From: Alphaproteobacteria bacterium
GTDB lineage: Bacteria; Pseudomonadota; Alphaproteobacteria; GCA-2731375
Assembly (NCBI GenBank): GCA_965232515.1
Contig: CBDDPY010000002.1
Coordinates: 1,056,001-1,120,000, forward strand
Direction of reading: 5' to 3'
DNA: 64,000 bases
This document shows positions 50,324-60,119 of this stretch, one piece after another (the stretch's first letter is position 1; each line of letters begins with the position of its first letter). Position numbers and translations under genes: made by a program. Under the pieces are notes generated by a model. It was not told the DNA's origin. It worked only from the letters and a program-made list of their open reading frames with translations, and did no database searches.

Positions 50324-50977
50324 ATGGTCGACACTGAAAGCCGCCGCGTAAGCATGGTCAATGGGCAGATCTTGCCCAACAAAGTGACCGACGAGCGCGT
50401 GACAGACGCGCTGCTGGCCATAGCACGCGAGCCGTTCGTACCGAAGAACCTGCGCGGCGTCGCCTATGTCGACGAGGACATACCGGTCGGCGACGGCCGC
50501 TATCTGCTCGAGCCGATGATCTTTGCGCGCCTGCTGCAGTCGGCGGAAGTAACGTCCGATGATGTGGTTCTCGATATCGGCTGCGCGACAGGCTATTCCA
50601 CGGCGGTGCTGGCCCGGCTTGCCGGCAGCGTCGTGGCGCTCGAATGCGATCCGGCGCTGGCGGACAAGGCCAACGAAATGCTGAACCAGCTCGACGTGGA
50701 CAACGCCGGCGTTGTCACCGGCGAACTTGCGGACGGCTTGCCCGACCAGGGGCCTTACGACGTGATTTTCATGAACGGGGCGGTTGAACGGCTTCCCGAC
50801 GGTCTGAAGCAGCAGCTTGCCGAAGGCGGTCGGCTGGTCGTGGTTCAACTCGCCGATAGCACCGGTCAGGCCTGGATATACCGGCGGCATGGCGACGTCG
50901 TTGACGGGCGTCCGCATTTTGACGCCCAAGTAAAGCGTTTGCCCGGCTTCGAAGCCGAGCAGGTTTTTACATTCTAG
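50324..50977 (+). CDS. pcm: Protein-L-isoaspartate O-methyltransferase
   Basis: R..MV..Q, RE.FVP, AY.D, VLDIGCATGYS.AVL, QL..GGRLV; canonical position before tolC. Confidence 0.9.
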   Translation: MVDTESRRVSMVNGQILPNKVTDERVTDALLAIAREPFVPKNLRGVAYVDEDIPVGDGRYLLEPMIFARLLQSAEVTSDDVVLDIGCATGYSTAVLARLAGSVVALECDPALADKANEMLNQLDVDNAGVVTGELADGLPDQGPYDVIFMNGAVERLPDGLKQQLAEGGRLVVVQLADSTGQAWIYRRHGDVVDGRPHFDAQVKRLPGFEAEQVFTF

Positions 50978-50992
50978 TCGACGGACAGTGCC

Positions 50993-51331
50993 TTGGAATC
51001 GGCAAACGGCCACCTCCCGCTGGAACTTGACGCAACCGCCGTGGCGCAGATGCGCCAAAGCGGAGAAGCGTTCGGCCTGTTGGATGTCCGGGAAGCTTGG
51101 GAATTGGACATCTGCCGGATCGACGGCAGTCTGCATATCCCGATGGGCGAGCTGCCGGGCCGGCTCCATGAACTGCCGACCGGCTCGCCGCTCGTCGTCC
51201 TTTGTCATCACGGCATGCGCAGCATGCAGGTGACCCAATGGCTCCGGCAGTCGGGAATCGCCGCAATCAATCTCGGCGGCGGTATCGATGCCTGGGCGCG
51301 GAACGTCGACCCGACACTATCCCTGTACTAG
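50993..51331 (+). CDS. Rhodanese-like domain protein
   Basis: LDVRE.WE, HIPM, CHHGMRS, NLGGGIDAW. Confidence 0.9.
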   Translation: MESANGHLPLELDATAVAQMRQSGEAFGLLDVREAWELDICRIDGSLHIPMGELPGRLHELPTGSPLVVLCHHGMRSMQVTQWLRQSGIAAINLGGGIDAWARNVDPTLSLY

Positions 51332-51365
51332 GATGTGGTTCTAACGGTCAGCGCAGGAGAGTTCC

Positions 51366-52721
51366 TTGAAAAGACGTCTGTTCGCAACAACCGCCGTCAT
51401 CGCCCTCTGCGCAACTCTCGGCGCCGTACCCGTGCAGGCGGAATCGATGATCGACGCCCTGACCGAGGCCTACCAGGCCAACCCGACCCTGAACCGGGCC
51501 CGGGCGCTTCTGCGGCAGACCGACGAGAATGTTCCACGCGCGCTGTCGGGCTGGCGCCCGACCGTAACCGTCACCGGTTCCGCCGGATTGGAACGGGCCA
51601 AGACGGACAATCGCGAGGAGCAAGATCTGACGCCGTTGTCGGGCTCGCTGCAGCTGACGCAGCCGATCTATCAGGGCGGCCGCACGGTCTACGGCACCCG
51701 GCAGGCCGAAAGCGAGGTCCTGGCCGACCGGGCCTTCCTGCGCACGACAGAGCAGGACGTGCTGCTCGGCACCATCACCGCTTACATGAACGTGCTGCGG
51801 GATCAGGCCCGCGTGCAGCTGACCACCAACAACCAGCGGGTGCTGGAACGACAGCTCGAAGCGACGCAGGACCGGTTCGAAGTGGGCGAGGTAACCCGCA
51901 CCGACGTCGCCCAGGCCGAGGCCCGGCTATCGCGCGCCATATCGGGCCGGATCGCCGCCGAGAGCGATCTCGGCACCAGCTCGGCCAACTATGAGAATTT
52001 CGTCGGCCGCCCGCCCGGGACTCTGGAACCGGCGCCGCCGCTTCCCCAACTGCCGCAGTCGGTCCAGGATGCCCTCAGCCTGGCGTTGGTCGAAAACCCC
52101 GAGTTGGAAACAGCCTTTCGTAACGAGGACGCGGCGAAGCACTCGGTCCGCGTCGCCATTGGCAGCTTGCTGCCGTCGGTCAGCATCGTCGGCCGGATCG
52201 ATCGGACCGACGAGACCGCGACCGAGGATATCGGCTTCAGGAGCGAGTCGATTACGGCACAGCTGACGGTGCCGCTCTATCAGTCGGGCTCCGTTTACAG
52301 TGACGTGCGGCGGGCGAAGGAGCTGCGCAGTCAGCGACGCGTCGAAATCGAGCAGTCACGACGCGGGGTGACGGAAGACGTCACATCGGCCTGGGAGGTG
52401 CTGGTTTCGGCCACGTCGCAGATCGAATCGTTCCGGGAAGAGGTACGGGCGAACGAAATCGCGCTCGAAGGCGTGCAGCAGGAATCCGAGGTCGGCGCCC
52501 GGACCGTGTTGGACGTGCTCGACGCCGAGCAGGAGCTGCTGGACGCGCAAGTGAACCTGGTGATCGCGGAGCGTGACGAATATGTCGCGGCCTACAGCCT
52601 GGTCGCCGCCATGGGGCAGTTGTCGGCCCGAAACCTGAGCCTGCCGGTAGATCTCTACGATCCGAACCGGCACGCGAACGAAGTCCGGAACAAGTGGTTC
52701 GGCGGCGACGTCCCGGAATAG
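51366..52721 (+). CDS. tolC: TolC family outer membrane channel
   Basis: Signal peptide, AY..NP.L, RFEVGEVTRTDVAQAEARL, VGARTVLDVLDAEQEL. Confidence 0.93.
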   Translation: MKRRLFATTAVIALCATLGAVPVQAESMIDALTEAYQANPTLNRARALLRQTDENVPRALSGWRPTVTVTGSAGLERAKTDNREEQDLTPLSGSLQLTQPIYQGGRTVYGTRQAESEVLADRAFLRTTEQDVLLGTITAYMNVLRDQARVQLTTNNQRVLERQLEATQDRFEVGEVTRTDVAQAEARLSRAISGRIAAESDLGTSSANYENFVGRPPGTLEPAPPLPQLPQSVQDALSLALVENPELETAFRNEDAAKHSVRVAIGSLLPSVSIVGRIDRTDETATEDIGFRSESITAQLTVPLYQSGSVYSDVRRAKELRSQRRVEIEQSRRGVTEDVTSAWEVLVSATSQIESFREEVRANEIALEGVQQESEVGARTVLDVLDAEQELLDAQVNLVIAERDEYVAAYSLVAAMGQLSARNLSLPVDLYDPNRHANEVRNKWFGGDVPE

Positions 52722-52834
52722 CCGCGGCTCGACTTGGTCGCGTCTGGCTGGCTTGTTAATGGTTTTGAAAGTATACCTTCGTTAACCATGCACTTCAGGG
52801 CGGCGCATCGGCTGCGCCGGTCCAAAGGTTGGTA

Positions 52835-53485
52835 ATGAGCGAGCAAGAAGCGCAACAGGATCCGGACTCCCAACAAGAACCGACCATGGAGGAGATCCTG
52901 GCATCAATCCGCCGGATCATCTCCGAGGACGATAAGGAGGAGGACCAGGAGTCGGCCGAAACCGAGGCGGCGGACGCTGAACCTGTGCCCGAGCCCGAAC
53001 CGGAGCCGGAGCTTGCCGCCGAACCTGAGCCAGAACCGGAACCCGAGCCAGAGGCGGAGCCGGAACCGGAGCTTGCCGCCGAGCCTGAGCCGGAACCGGC
53101 CGTGGAAATGGCCGAGGACGACGACGATGATATCCTCGAGCTGACGGAGGTCGTCGACGAAGAGGAAGCGGCGCCCCCGGACGACGACGTCATCGAGCTA
53201 CAGGAAACGCCGCCGGAGCCTCCCGTCGAGGCCGCCGTGGGCAACGACCTCGTCTCACCGCCGCAGGCAACGGCCGCGACAGGGTCGCTGGCCGAACTGG
53301 CCGGTACGATATCCGCCACCCGCGGCGTACACCTCGGCAACGGCAATCGGACGCTCGAAGAGCTGGTAAAAGAGCTCCTGCGTCCGATGCTGAAAGACTG
53401 GCTGGACGCCAATCTGCCGACCTTGGTAGAACGGCTCGTCGAGAAAGAAATCTCGAAGATCGCCGGCCGGGCAGACAAGTCTTAA
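52835..53485 (+). CDS. popZ: Polar organizing protein PopZ (DUF2497)
   Basis: EPTMEEILASIRRIISED, Pro/Glu-rich linker, TLEELVKELLRPMLK.WLD.NLP.LVERLV..EI. Confidence 0.93.
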   Translation: MSEQEAQQDPDSQQEPTMEEILASIRRIISEDDKEEDQESAETEAADAEPVPEPEPEPELAAEPEPEPEPEPEAEPEPELAAEPEPEPAVEMAEDDDDDILELTEVVDEEEAAPPDDDVIELQETPPEPPVEAAVGNDLVSPPQATAATGSLAELAGTISATRGVHLGNGNRTLEELVKELLRPMLKDWLDANLPTLVERLVEKEISKIAGRADKS

Positions 53486-53573
53486 CTATCGCCCATCCAG
53501 CGACGATCTGACAGCTGCCGGCGGCTCCGGTGACGGGGCGCGACGCAATCAGTTTTGTGAGAAGGGTTCAGCA

Positions 53574-56228
53574 ATGCTGGACAAGACCTATCGTCCCCAG
53601 GACGTCGAGGAACGGATCTACGCCGACTGGGAAGATGCCGGCGTCTTCGAATGCGGCCGGCGGCCCGACGCCAAGCCCTACACGATCGTTATCCCGCCGC
53701 CGAATGTAACCGGCAGCCTGCATATGGGCCATGCCCTCAACAATACGCTGCAGGACATCATGTGCCGGCTGGAGCGGATGCGGGGCCGCGATGTCCTTTG
53801 GCAGCCCGGCACCGACCATGCCGGGATCGCGACGCAAATGGTGGTCGAGCGCCAAATCGAGGCCGAGGGCAGCAACATGTCCCGCCGCGAGATGGGTCGC
53901 GAGGCCTTCATCGACCGTGTCTGGGCCTGGAAGGCCGAGAGCGGCGGCACCATCACCAACCAGTTGCGGCGGCTCGGGGCCTCCTGCGACTGGCGGCGCG
54001 AGCGCTTCACCATGGACGACGGCCTGTCGGCGGCCGTGCGCAAGGTCTTCGTCGATCTCTACAAGAAAAACCTGATCTACAAGGACCTGCGCCTGGTGAA
54101 TTGGGATCCGGCGCTGCACACGGCGATCTCGGACCTGGAGGTCCAGCAGAACGAGATCAAGGGCCACCTCTGGCATTTCAAGTACCCGCTTGAGGACGAC
54201 GGGAACCAGTTCATCACCGTCGCCACGACCCGGCCCGAGACCATGCTTGGCGACACCGGCGTCGCCGTGCACCCGGACGACGACCGCTATAAGCACCTGG
54301 TGGGCAAGAACGCCATTCTGCCGCTGGTCGGCCGGAAGCTACGTATCGTCGCCGATGACTACGCCGATCCCGAGCAGGGCTCGGGCGCGGTGAAGATGAC
54401 GCCGGCGCACGATTTCAACGACTTCGAGGTCGGCCGCCGGCATGACCTGGAGATGATCAACATCTTCGACGCCGAGGCCCGGATCAACGAAAACGCGCCC
54501 GAGAAATACCGCGGCATGGACCGCTTCCAGGCCCGCAAGGCCATTGTCGCCGATCTGGAGGCGCAGGGGCTGGTCGACCGGATCGAGGATCACGTCCACA
54601 TGGTGCCCTACGGCGACCGCGGCGGCGTGCCGATCGAACCCTGGCTGACCGAGCAGTGGTATGTCGACGCCGCCACGCTGGCCAAGCCGGCGATCGCGGC
54701 GGTCGAGGACGGCCGCACGGTCTTTGTCCCGAAGCCGTGGGAAAAGACCTACTTCGAGTGGATGCGCAACATCCAGCCGTGGTGCGTGTCGCGGCAGCTC
54801 TGGTGGGGCCACCAGATCCCGGCCTGGTACGGTCCGGACGGCGAGATCTTTGTGGAGTACACCGAAGCCGAGGCCGAGGCGGCGGCCGAGAAGCACTACG
54901 GCAAGAAGGTCGAGCTGCGACGCGACGAGGACGTGCTGGACACCTGGTTCTCGAGCGCGCTCTGGCCGTTCTCGACGCTCGGCTGGCCTGAGGAGACGCC
55001 CGAGCTGGCGCGCTATTATCCCACCAACCTGCTGGTCACCGGCTTCGACATCATTTTCTTCTGGGTCGCACGGATGATGATGATGGGCCTGCACTTCAAG
55101 GAAGAAGTGCCGTTCGACACCGTCTACATCCACGCCCTGGTGCGCGACGCCAAGGGCCAGAAGATGTCGAAGAGCAAGGGCAACATCATCGATCCCTTGG
55201 AGCTGATCGACAAATACGGCGCCGACGCGCTGCGGTTCACGCTGGCCGCCCAGGCGGCGCAGGGCAGGGACGTCAAGCTCGCCGAGTCGCGGGTCGAGGG
55301 CTATCGCAATTTCGGCACCAAGCTCTGGAACGCCGCGCGGTTCGCCGAGATGAACGGCTGCAAGCCCTTGGCCGACTTCGATCCAGCCAGCGTTCAGCAT
55401 ACGGTCAACCGCTGGCTCGTCGGCGCGCTGCATGACGCCTCGATCCGCATCACGACCGGCATCGACGAATACAAATTCAACGAGGCGGCGGACGCGGTCT
55501 ACCACTTCGTCTGGGGCACGTTCTGCGACTGGTATCTGGAGTTCACCAAGCCCCTGCTGCAGGGCACCGATGAGGCGGTGAAAGCGGAGACGCAGGCAAC
55601 AACCGCCTGGGCGCTCGACCGCATCCTGCAGCTCATGCACCCCTTCATGCCCTTCATCACCGAGGAGCTCTATCAGCGCATCGCGGACCGACCCGGACAT
55701 CTGGCGATCACCGAATGGCCCGAGCTCGACCCCGAGCTGGTTTCCGCAGAGGCCGCGGCCGAGATGGATTGGGTGGTCCGGCTGATCATGGAGATACGAT
55801 CGGTCCGGGCCGAGATGAATGTGCCGCCGGGCGCGAAGATCGATCTGTTGCTTCAGGACGCCAGCGCTGAAAGTCTGGCGCGGCTGCAGCGCCACGGCGA
55901 CGTGATCGGCCGGATGGCGCGACTGTCGTCGGCCGGACCGCTCACCGGCACGGTGCCGCCCGGCTCGATACAGTCGGTGCTGGACGAGGCGACGCTGGTG
56001 ATGCCGCTCGCCGATGTGATCGACATCGACGCGGAACAGGCTCGGCTCGCGCGCGAGCTCGACAAGGTCGGGGCCGATATCCGGAAGCTCGAGGCCAAGC
56101 TGGCGAACGACAACTTCGTCTCGAAGGCGCCCGAGCACGTGGTCGAAGAGCAGCGCGAGCGAAAGGCCGAAGCCGAGCAGACCCAGGCCCGGCTGGCGGA
56201 CGCACTCGACCGCCTGCGCAGCGCCTGA
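53574..56228 (+). CDS. valS: Valine--tRNA ligase
   Basis: PPPNVTGSLHMGHA, KMSKS, WCVSRQLWWGH, DVLDTWFSS. Confidence 0.99.
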   Translation: MLDKTYRPQDVEERIYADWEDAGVFECGRRPDAKPYTIVIPPPNVTGSLHMGHALNNTLQDIMCRLERMRGRDVLWQPGTDHAGIATQMVVERQIEAEGSNMSRREMGREAFIDRVWAWKAESGGTITNQLRRLGASCDWRRERFTMDDGLSAAVRKVFVDLYKKNLIYKDLRLVNWDPALHTAISDLEVQQNEIKGHLWHFKYPLEDDGNQFITVATTRPETMLGDTGVAVHPDDDRYKHLVGKNAILPLVGRKLRIVADDYADPEQGSGAVKMTPAHDFNDFEVGRRHDLEMINIFDAEARINENAPEKYRGMDRFQARKAIVADLEAQGLVDRIEDHVHMVPYGDRGGVPIEPWLTEQWYVDAATLAKPAIAAVEDGRTVFVPKPWEKTYFEWMRNIQPWCVSRQLWWGHQIPAWYGPDGEIFVEYTEAEAEAAAEKHYGKKVELRRDEDVLDTWFSSALWPFSTLGWPEETPELARYYPTNLLVTGFDIIFFWVARMMMMGLHFKEEVPFDTVYIHALVRDAKGQKMSKSKGNIIDPLELIDKYGADALRFTLAAQAAQGRDVKLAESRVEGYRNFGTKLWNAARFAEMNGCKPLADFDPASVQHTVNRWLVGALHDASIRITTGIDEYKFNEAADAVYHFVWGTFCDWYLEFTKPLLQGTDEAVKAETQATTAWALDRILQLMHPFMPFITEELYQRIADRPGHLAITEWPELDPELVSAEAAAEMDWVVRLIMEIRSVRAEMNVPPGAKIDLLLQDASAESLARLQRHGDVIGRMARLSSAGPLTGTVPPGSIQSVLDEATLVMPLADVIDIDAEQARLARELDKVGADIRKLEAKLANDNFVSKAPEHVVEEQRERKAEAEQTQARLADALDRLRSA

Positions 56229-56255
56229 CCCGCGGCGAGGCGGCAGGCGGGGGCA

Positions 56256-56798
56256 ATGCAACCGGGCAGTCTGGCGCTGATCAGCTACCCGGCGTTGCCG
56301 GCGCACGTCGTCACCTGGATGCAGGACATCCGACGGCGTTTTGATCCCCAGTTTGCGTTGGTTCCGCCACATTTCACCTTTGTTTTCCCGACGATGGCTG
56401 TGGACGAGGCTACGCTGACGTCACATGTGGAGTCGCTGCTGGACGAGACCACTGTCATCGATTTCACAATTGACCGGGCACAGGTGTTTCCCGATCCGAA
56501 GAGCAACAGCGCTTATCTGTTTCTGGTGCCGGACGGCGGCTACGACGACATGGTGGCGTTGAACAAGCGTCTCTATGCCGGACCTCTGGCCCCATCGAGG
56601 ACGCCGGGCGTCGCGTTTACGCCGCACATCACCATCGCCCATCAGAACGACCTGGGTCTGGTCATGGGGCTCGCCGACGCCCTCAACGATCAGGATATCG
56701 ACATCGCCGGCCGCCTCGATCAATACACACTGGTCAGGCGTACGGATACCGGACTCGCGGCCTGCCGGCAGATCGACGTCGGTAACCAGGCGTCCTAG
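56256..56798 (+). CDS. 2H phosphoesterase (2'-5' RNA ligase family)
   Basis: Two HxT motifs: PHFTFV and PHITIA. Confidence 0.85.
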   Translation: MQPGSLALISYPALPAHVVTWMQDIRRRFDPQFALVPPHFTFVFPTMAVDEATLTSHVESLLDETTVIDFTIDRAQVFPDPKSNSAYLFLVPDGGYDDMVALNKRLYAGPLAPSRTPGVAFTPHITIAHQNDLGLVMGLADALNDQDIDIAGRLDQYTLVRRTDTGLAACRQIDVGNQAS

Positions 56799-57592
56799 TT
56801 TCGATAGGACGGATCGAGGCGGTCCATCAGCCGCATCCAAGCCGCGAATTCGAGCTCGCCGGGACGATGCGCCCCATAGGCGGTCATGAAATCGTCCGTG
56901 CCCTTGACCGTCAGCTCCCGGGCCTGTTCCGACGGCAGCGTGTAGCCGCCGCCGCTGCCATAGGTCGCGACCTGCGTCTCGCAGGCACGCTCCAGCCGGT
57001 ACATCCAGATGAACGCCTCGGCGATGGTCTCGCCCACGGTCAGCAGACCGTGGTTGCGCAAAACCAAGGCGTTGTTGCGCGGCCCCAGGCTCGCGGCCAG
57101 ACGCTCCCGTTCGGAGATGTTGTGCTCACCGCTGGCGCCCTCGAAGTCGTGGTAGGACACGCGGTCGTGGAAGCCGATGGCGAAGATGCCAATCGGCAGC
57201 AGGCCGTGCTCCAGCGCCGCCACGGCCATGCCGGCCGTCGTATGCGTATGCACGACGGCCTTGGCGTCCTCGCGGGCCATGTGAATAGCGCTGTGGATGA
57301 CGAACCCGGCTTCGTTGATGATGTCGTCGCCCGGTTCGACCTTGTTGCCGTCGACATCGATCTTGACCAGACCGGACGCCGTCACCTCGTCGAACCGCAC
57401 GCCGAACGGGTTGATCAAGAAGTGATGCTCCGGTCCCGGCACACGCACTGTTGTGTGCGTGTTCATCGAGTCCTCCCACCCGAGGTGGGCGTTGATGCGG
57501 AACGCCGCGGCCAGTTGCACCCGCAATTCCCACTCGGCCGGGTCCATTCCCGGGTTGGTCTCTTCGGCATGGGTCAAGGTCGAGATCGCCAT
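56795..57592 (-). CDS. Class II aldolase/adducin family protein
   Basis: FLINPFG..F.EVTAS.LVK.D, GFVIHSAIH, HTHT, LRNHGLL. Confidence 0.92.
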   Translation of the reverse strand: MAISTLTHAEETNPGMDPAEWELRVQLAAAFRINAHLGWEDSMNTHTTVRVPGPEHHFLINPFGVRFDEVTASGLVKIDVDGNKVEPGDDIINEAGFVIHSAIHMAREDAKAVVHTHTTAGMAVAALEHGLLPIGIFAIGFHDRVSYHDFEGASGEHNISERERLAASLGPRNNALVLRNHGLLTVGETIAEAFIWMYRLERACETQVATYGSGGGYTLPSEQARELTVKGTDDFMTAYGAHRPGELEFAAWMRLMDRLDPSYRN

Positions 57593-57691
57593 CTCTGCAA
57601 CTCCCTCGTGTGAGCGTGGTATAACCGGATCAGGGTCAATTGGGCCGCTGTCGGATCGTAACACGGGGCCACCTTCGGGAGACGCATCGCC

Positions 57692-58213
57692 ATGCTGCTG
57701 AACGAGCTGTTTCACATCGCCTTCAAGACACCGGACCTGGAAGCCACGCGCCGCTTTTATACCGAGATCCTGGGCATGGAGTTGGCGGCGCGGCCGAAGC
57801 TCGACTTCCCCGGTATCTGGATCAAGTGCCCGACGCCGGGCGGCGACGCGATCTTTCATGTCTATGCCGGTCATGCCGCCAAGAACGCCGACGGCAGCTA
57901 TCCGTCCGGCACGGGCGCCATCGACCATGTCGCTGTCACCGCGCACGGCTTCTACGAGATCCGCGACAAACTCAAGGCTGCAGGCCTGCCCTGGCGCGAG
58001 AACCTGATCCCCGGCCTGCCGCTCTGGCAGATCTTCGTCTACGACCCCAGCGGCATTCAGCTCGAACTCACGTTCAACGCGGCGGCCGAGGCGGGGCCGA
58101 AACCGAAAATTCCCGCCAAACGGCAATACAGGGCCGGCGAAACCTGGTTCGCGCCGGACGCCTATGCCCAGTTCAGCAAGCCGGCAAAGAAACGTATCCG
58201 CAAGGCCGCCTGA
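57692..58213 (+). CDS. VOC (glyoxalase/bleomycin resistance) family protein
   Basis: H.A....DLEATRRFY..ILG, RP...FPG.W, IDHVA, Q.F..DP.GI.LEL. Confidence 0.88.
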   Translation: MLLNELFHIAFKTPDLEATRRFYTEILGMELAARPKLDFPGIWIKCPTPGGDAIFHVYAGHAAKNADGSYPSGTGAIDHVAVTAHGFYEIRDKLKAAGLPWRENLIPGLPLWQIFVYDPSGIQLELTFNAAAEAGPKPKIPAKRQYRAGETWFAPDAYAQFSKPAKKRIRKAA

Positions 58214-58308
58214 CGGGGCCGAATTCGGCCTTGGCGAACGGCAATTCGTGCTAAGACAAAGGCCATCCCTGGATTTCGGTTGCATTGGTTTCGGGAGGAC
58301 CGTCGACC

Positions 58309-60033
58309 ATGGACGTCAAGACGTTCGATAAATCAAAGCTGCCCAGCCGTCATGTGACGGAGGGCTTCGAGCGGGCGCCGCACCGCTCCTACTACTACGC
58401 CATGGGCATGACGGAGGAGGAGATCCATCAGCCCCTGGTCGGTGTCGTCACCACCTGGAACGAGGCCGCGCCCTGCAATATCGCTCTGGCGCGTCAGGCC
58501 CAGGCCGTGAAGAAGGGCGTGAAGTCGGCCAGCGGCACACCGCGCGAGTTCACCACGATCACGGTGACCGACGGCATCGCCATGGGTCACCAGGGCATGA
58601 AGTGCTCGCTGGTCAGCCGCGACGTCATCGCCGACTCGACCGAGCTGACCATGCGCGGCCATTGCTATGACGCGATGGTCGGCGTCGCCGGCTGCGACAA
58701 GTCGCTGCCGGGCCTGATGATGGCGATGGCCCGGCTGAACGTGCCGTCGATCTTTCTCTATGGCGGCTCAATCCTGCCGGGCCGGTTCCGCGGCCAGGAC
58801 GTGACCGTCGTCGATGTCTTTGAAGGCGTCGGCCAGGTCGCGGCCGGCAACATGTCGGAAGAGGACCTGCACGAGCTGGAATGCGTCGCCTGTCCGAGTG
58901 CCGGTTCCTGCGGCGGCCAGTTTACGGCCAATACGATGGCCACCATCTCGGAATCGATGGGCCTGGCGATCCCCGGATCGGCCGGTCCGCCGGCGCCGTA
59001 CGAGAGCCGCGACGTCTATGGCGAGCAGGCCGGCCGTCAGGTCATGGACCTGCTGGCCAGCGGAATTCGGCCCCGCGACATCATTACCCGCGAGTCCCTG
59101 CGGAACGCCGCGGTCGCGGTCGCGGCCTCGGGCGGCTCGACCAATGCCGGCCTGCATCTGCCGGCGATCGCGCACGAGGCCGGGATCGAGTTCGACCTCG
59201 ACGACGTCTGCAAGATCTTCCGCGAGACGCCGTATATCGCCGACATGAAGCCGGGCGGCAAATACGTCGCCAAGGACCTCTATGACATCGGCGGCGTGCC
59301 GGTGCTGATGAAGGCGTTGCTGGACGGCGGCTATCTGAACGGCGACTGCATCACGGTGACCGGCAAGACCATCGCCGAGAACCTGAAGGACGTGGTTTTC
59401 CCGGAAGATCAGGACGTGGTCTACCCGACCTCGAACCCGATCACACCGACCGGCGGCGTCGTCGGCCTGAAAGGCAACCTGGCGCCCGACGGAGCGATCG
59501 TGAAGGTCGCCGGCATGGCACGCCAACGCCATGTCGGACCGGCCCGCGTGTTCGATAGCGAGGAGTTGGCGTTCGAGGCGGTCCAGCGCCGCGACTATAA
59601 GGACGACGACGTGATTGTCATCCGCTACGAGGGCCCGAAGGGTGGACCCGGCATGCGCGAGATGCTGTCGACCACGGCGGCGATTTATGGCCAGGGCATG
59701 GGCGAGAAGGTGGCGCTGATCACCGACGGCCGTTTCTCCGGCGGCACGCGCGGCTTCTGCATCGGTCATGTCGGGCCCGAGGCCGCGGTCGGCGGCCCCA
59801 TCGGCCTGCTGAAGGACGGCGACATGATCACCATCGACGCCGAGACCGGTGAGCTCAGCGTCGACATCTCGGATGCCGAGATGGACGAACGCCGCAAGGC
59901 CTGGAAGTCCCGCGAGACCGATTACCAGTCCGGCGTGCTGTGGAAATACGCCCAGACCGTTGGCCCCGCCCACAAGGGCGCCGTCACCCACCCCGGCGGC
60001 AAGTCCGAGGTTCAGTGCTACGCTGATATCTGA
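58309..60033 (+). CDS. ilvD: Dihydroxy-acid dehydratase
   Basis: PCN, DGIAMGH.GM, GCDKSLPG, GGSTN, GPKGGPGMREM, TDGRFSG. Confidence 0.97.
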   Translation: MDVKTFDKSKLPSRHVTEGFERAPHRSYYYAMGMTEEEIHQPLVGVVTTWNEAAPCNIALARQAQAVKKGVKSASGTPREFTTITVTDGIAMGHQGMKCSLVSRDVIADSTELTMRGHCYDAMVGVAGCDKSLPGLMMAMARLNVPSIFLYGGSILPGRFRGQDVTVVDVFEGVGQVAAGNMSEEDLHELECVACPSAGSCGGQFTANTMATISESMGLAIPGSAGPPAPYESRDVYGEQAGRQVMDLLASGIRPRDIITRESLRNAAVAVAASGGSTNAGLHLPAIAHEAGIEFDLDDVCKIFRETPYIADMKPGGKYVAKDLYDIGGVPVLMKALLDGGYLNGDCITVTGKTIAENLKDVVFPEDQDVVYPTSNPITPTGGVVGLKGNLAPDGAIVKVAGMARQRHVGPARVFDSEELAFEAVQRRDYKDDDVIVIRYEGPKGGPGMREMLSTTAAIYGQGMGEKVALITDGRFSGGTRGFCIGHVGPEAAVGGPIGLLKDGDMITIDAETGELSVDISDAEMDERRKAWKSRETDYQSGVLWKYAQTVGPAHKGAVTHPGGKSEVQCYADI

Positions 60034-60050
60034 ATAACGCCACCTCATTG

Positions 60051-60083
60051 ATGGTGCGGCCGCCGACGTCGCGGCCGCACCAT
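60051..60083 (+). terminator. Stem-loop after ilvD
   Basis: ATGGTGCGGCCGC-cgacgtc-GCGGCCGCACCAT, 13-bp perfect stem with weak U-tail. Confidence 0.55.
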
Positions 60084-60119
60084 TGATTCCAGCCAAGACG
60101 TCGATTGAAGGATTAGATC

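Noticed and set aside
50324-50977. Isoaspartate repair enzyme as a dedicated partner of the Asp-Gly-rich protein
   Set aside because: pcm-tolC-popZ-valS is a conserved alphaproteobacterial block; Pcm is cytoplasmic while the substrate would be exported. Proximity is probably coincidental.
52782-52789. CtrA site (TTAACCAT) upstream of popZ
   Set aside because: Only a half-site; the full TTAA-N7-TTAA is absent, so support is too weak.
54339-56372. Long antisense ORFs over valS and similar ones over cfa, hydA, ilvD and the ABC genes
   Set aside because: Expected in high-GC coding DNA; no recognisable motifs.
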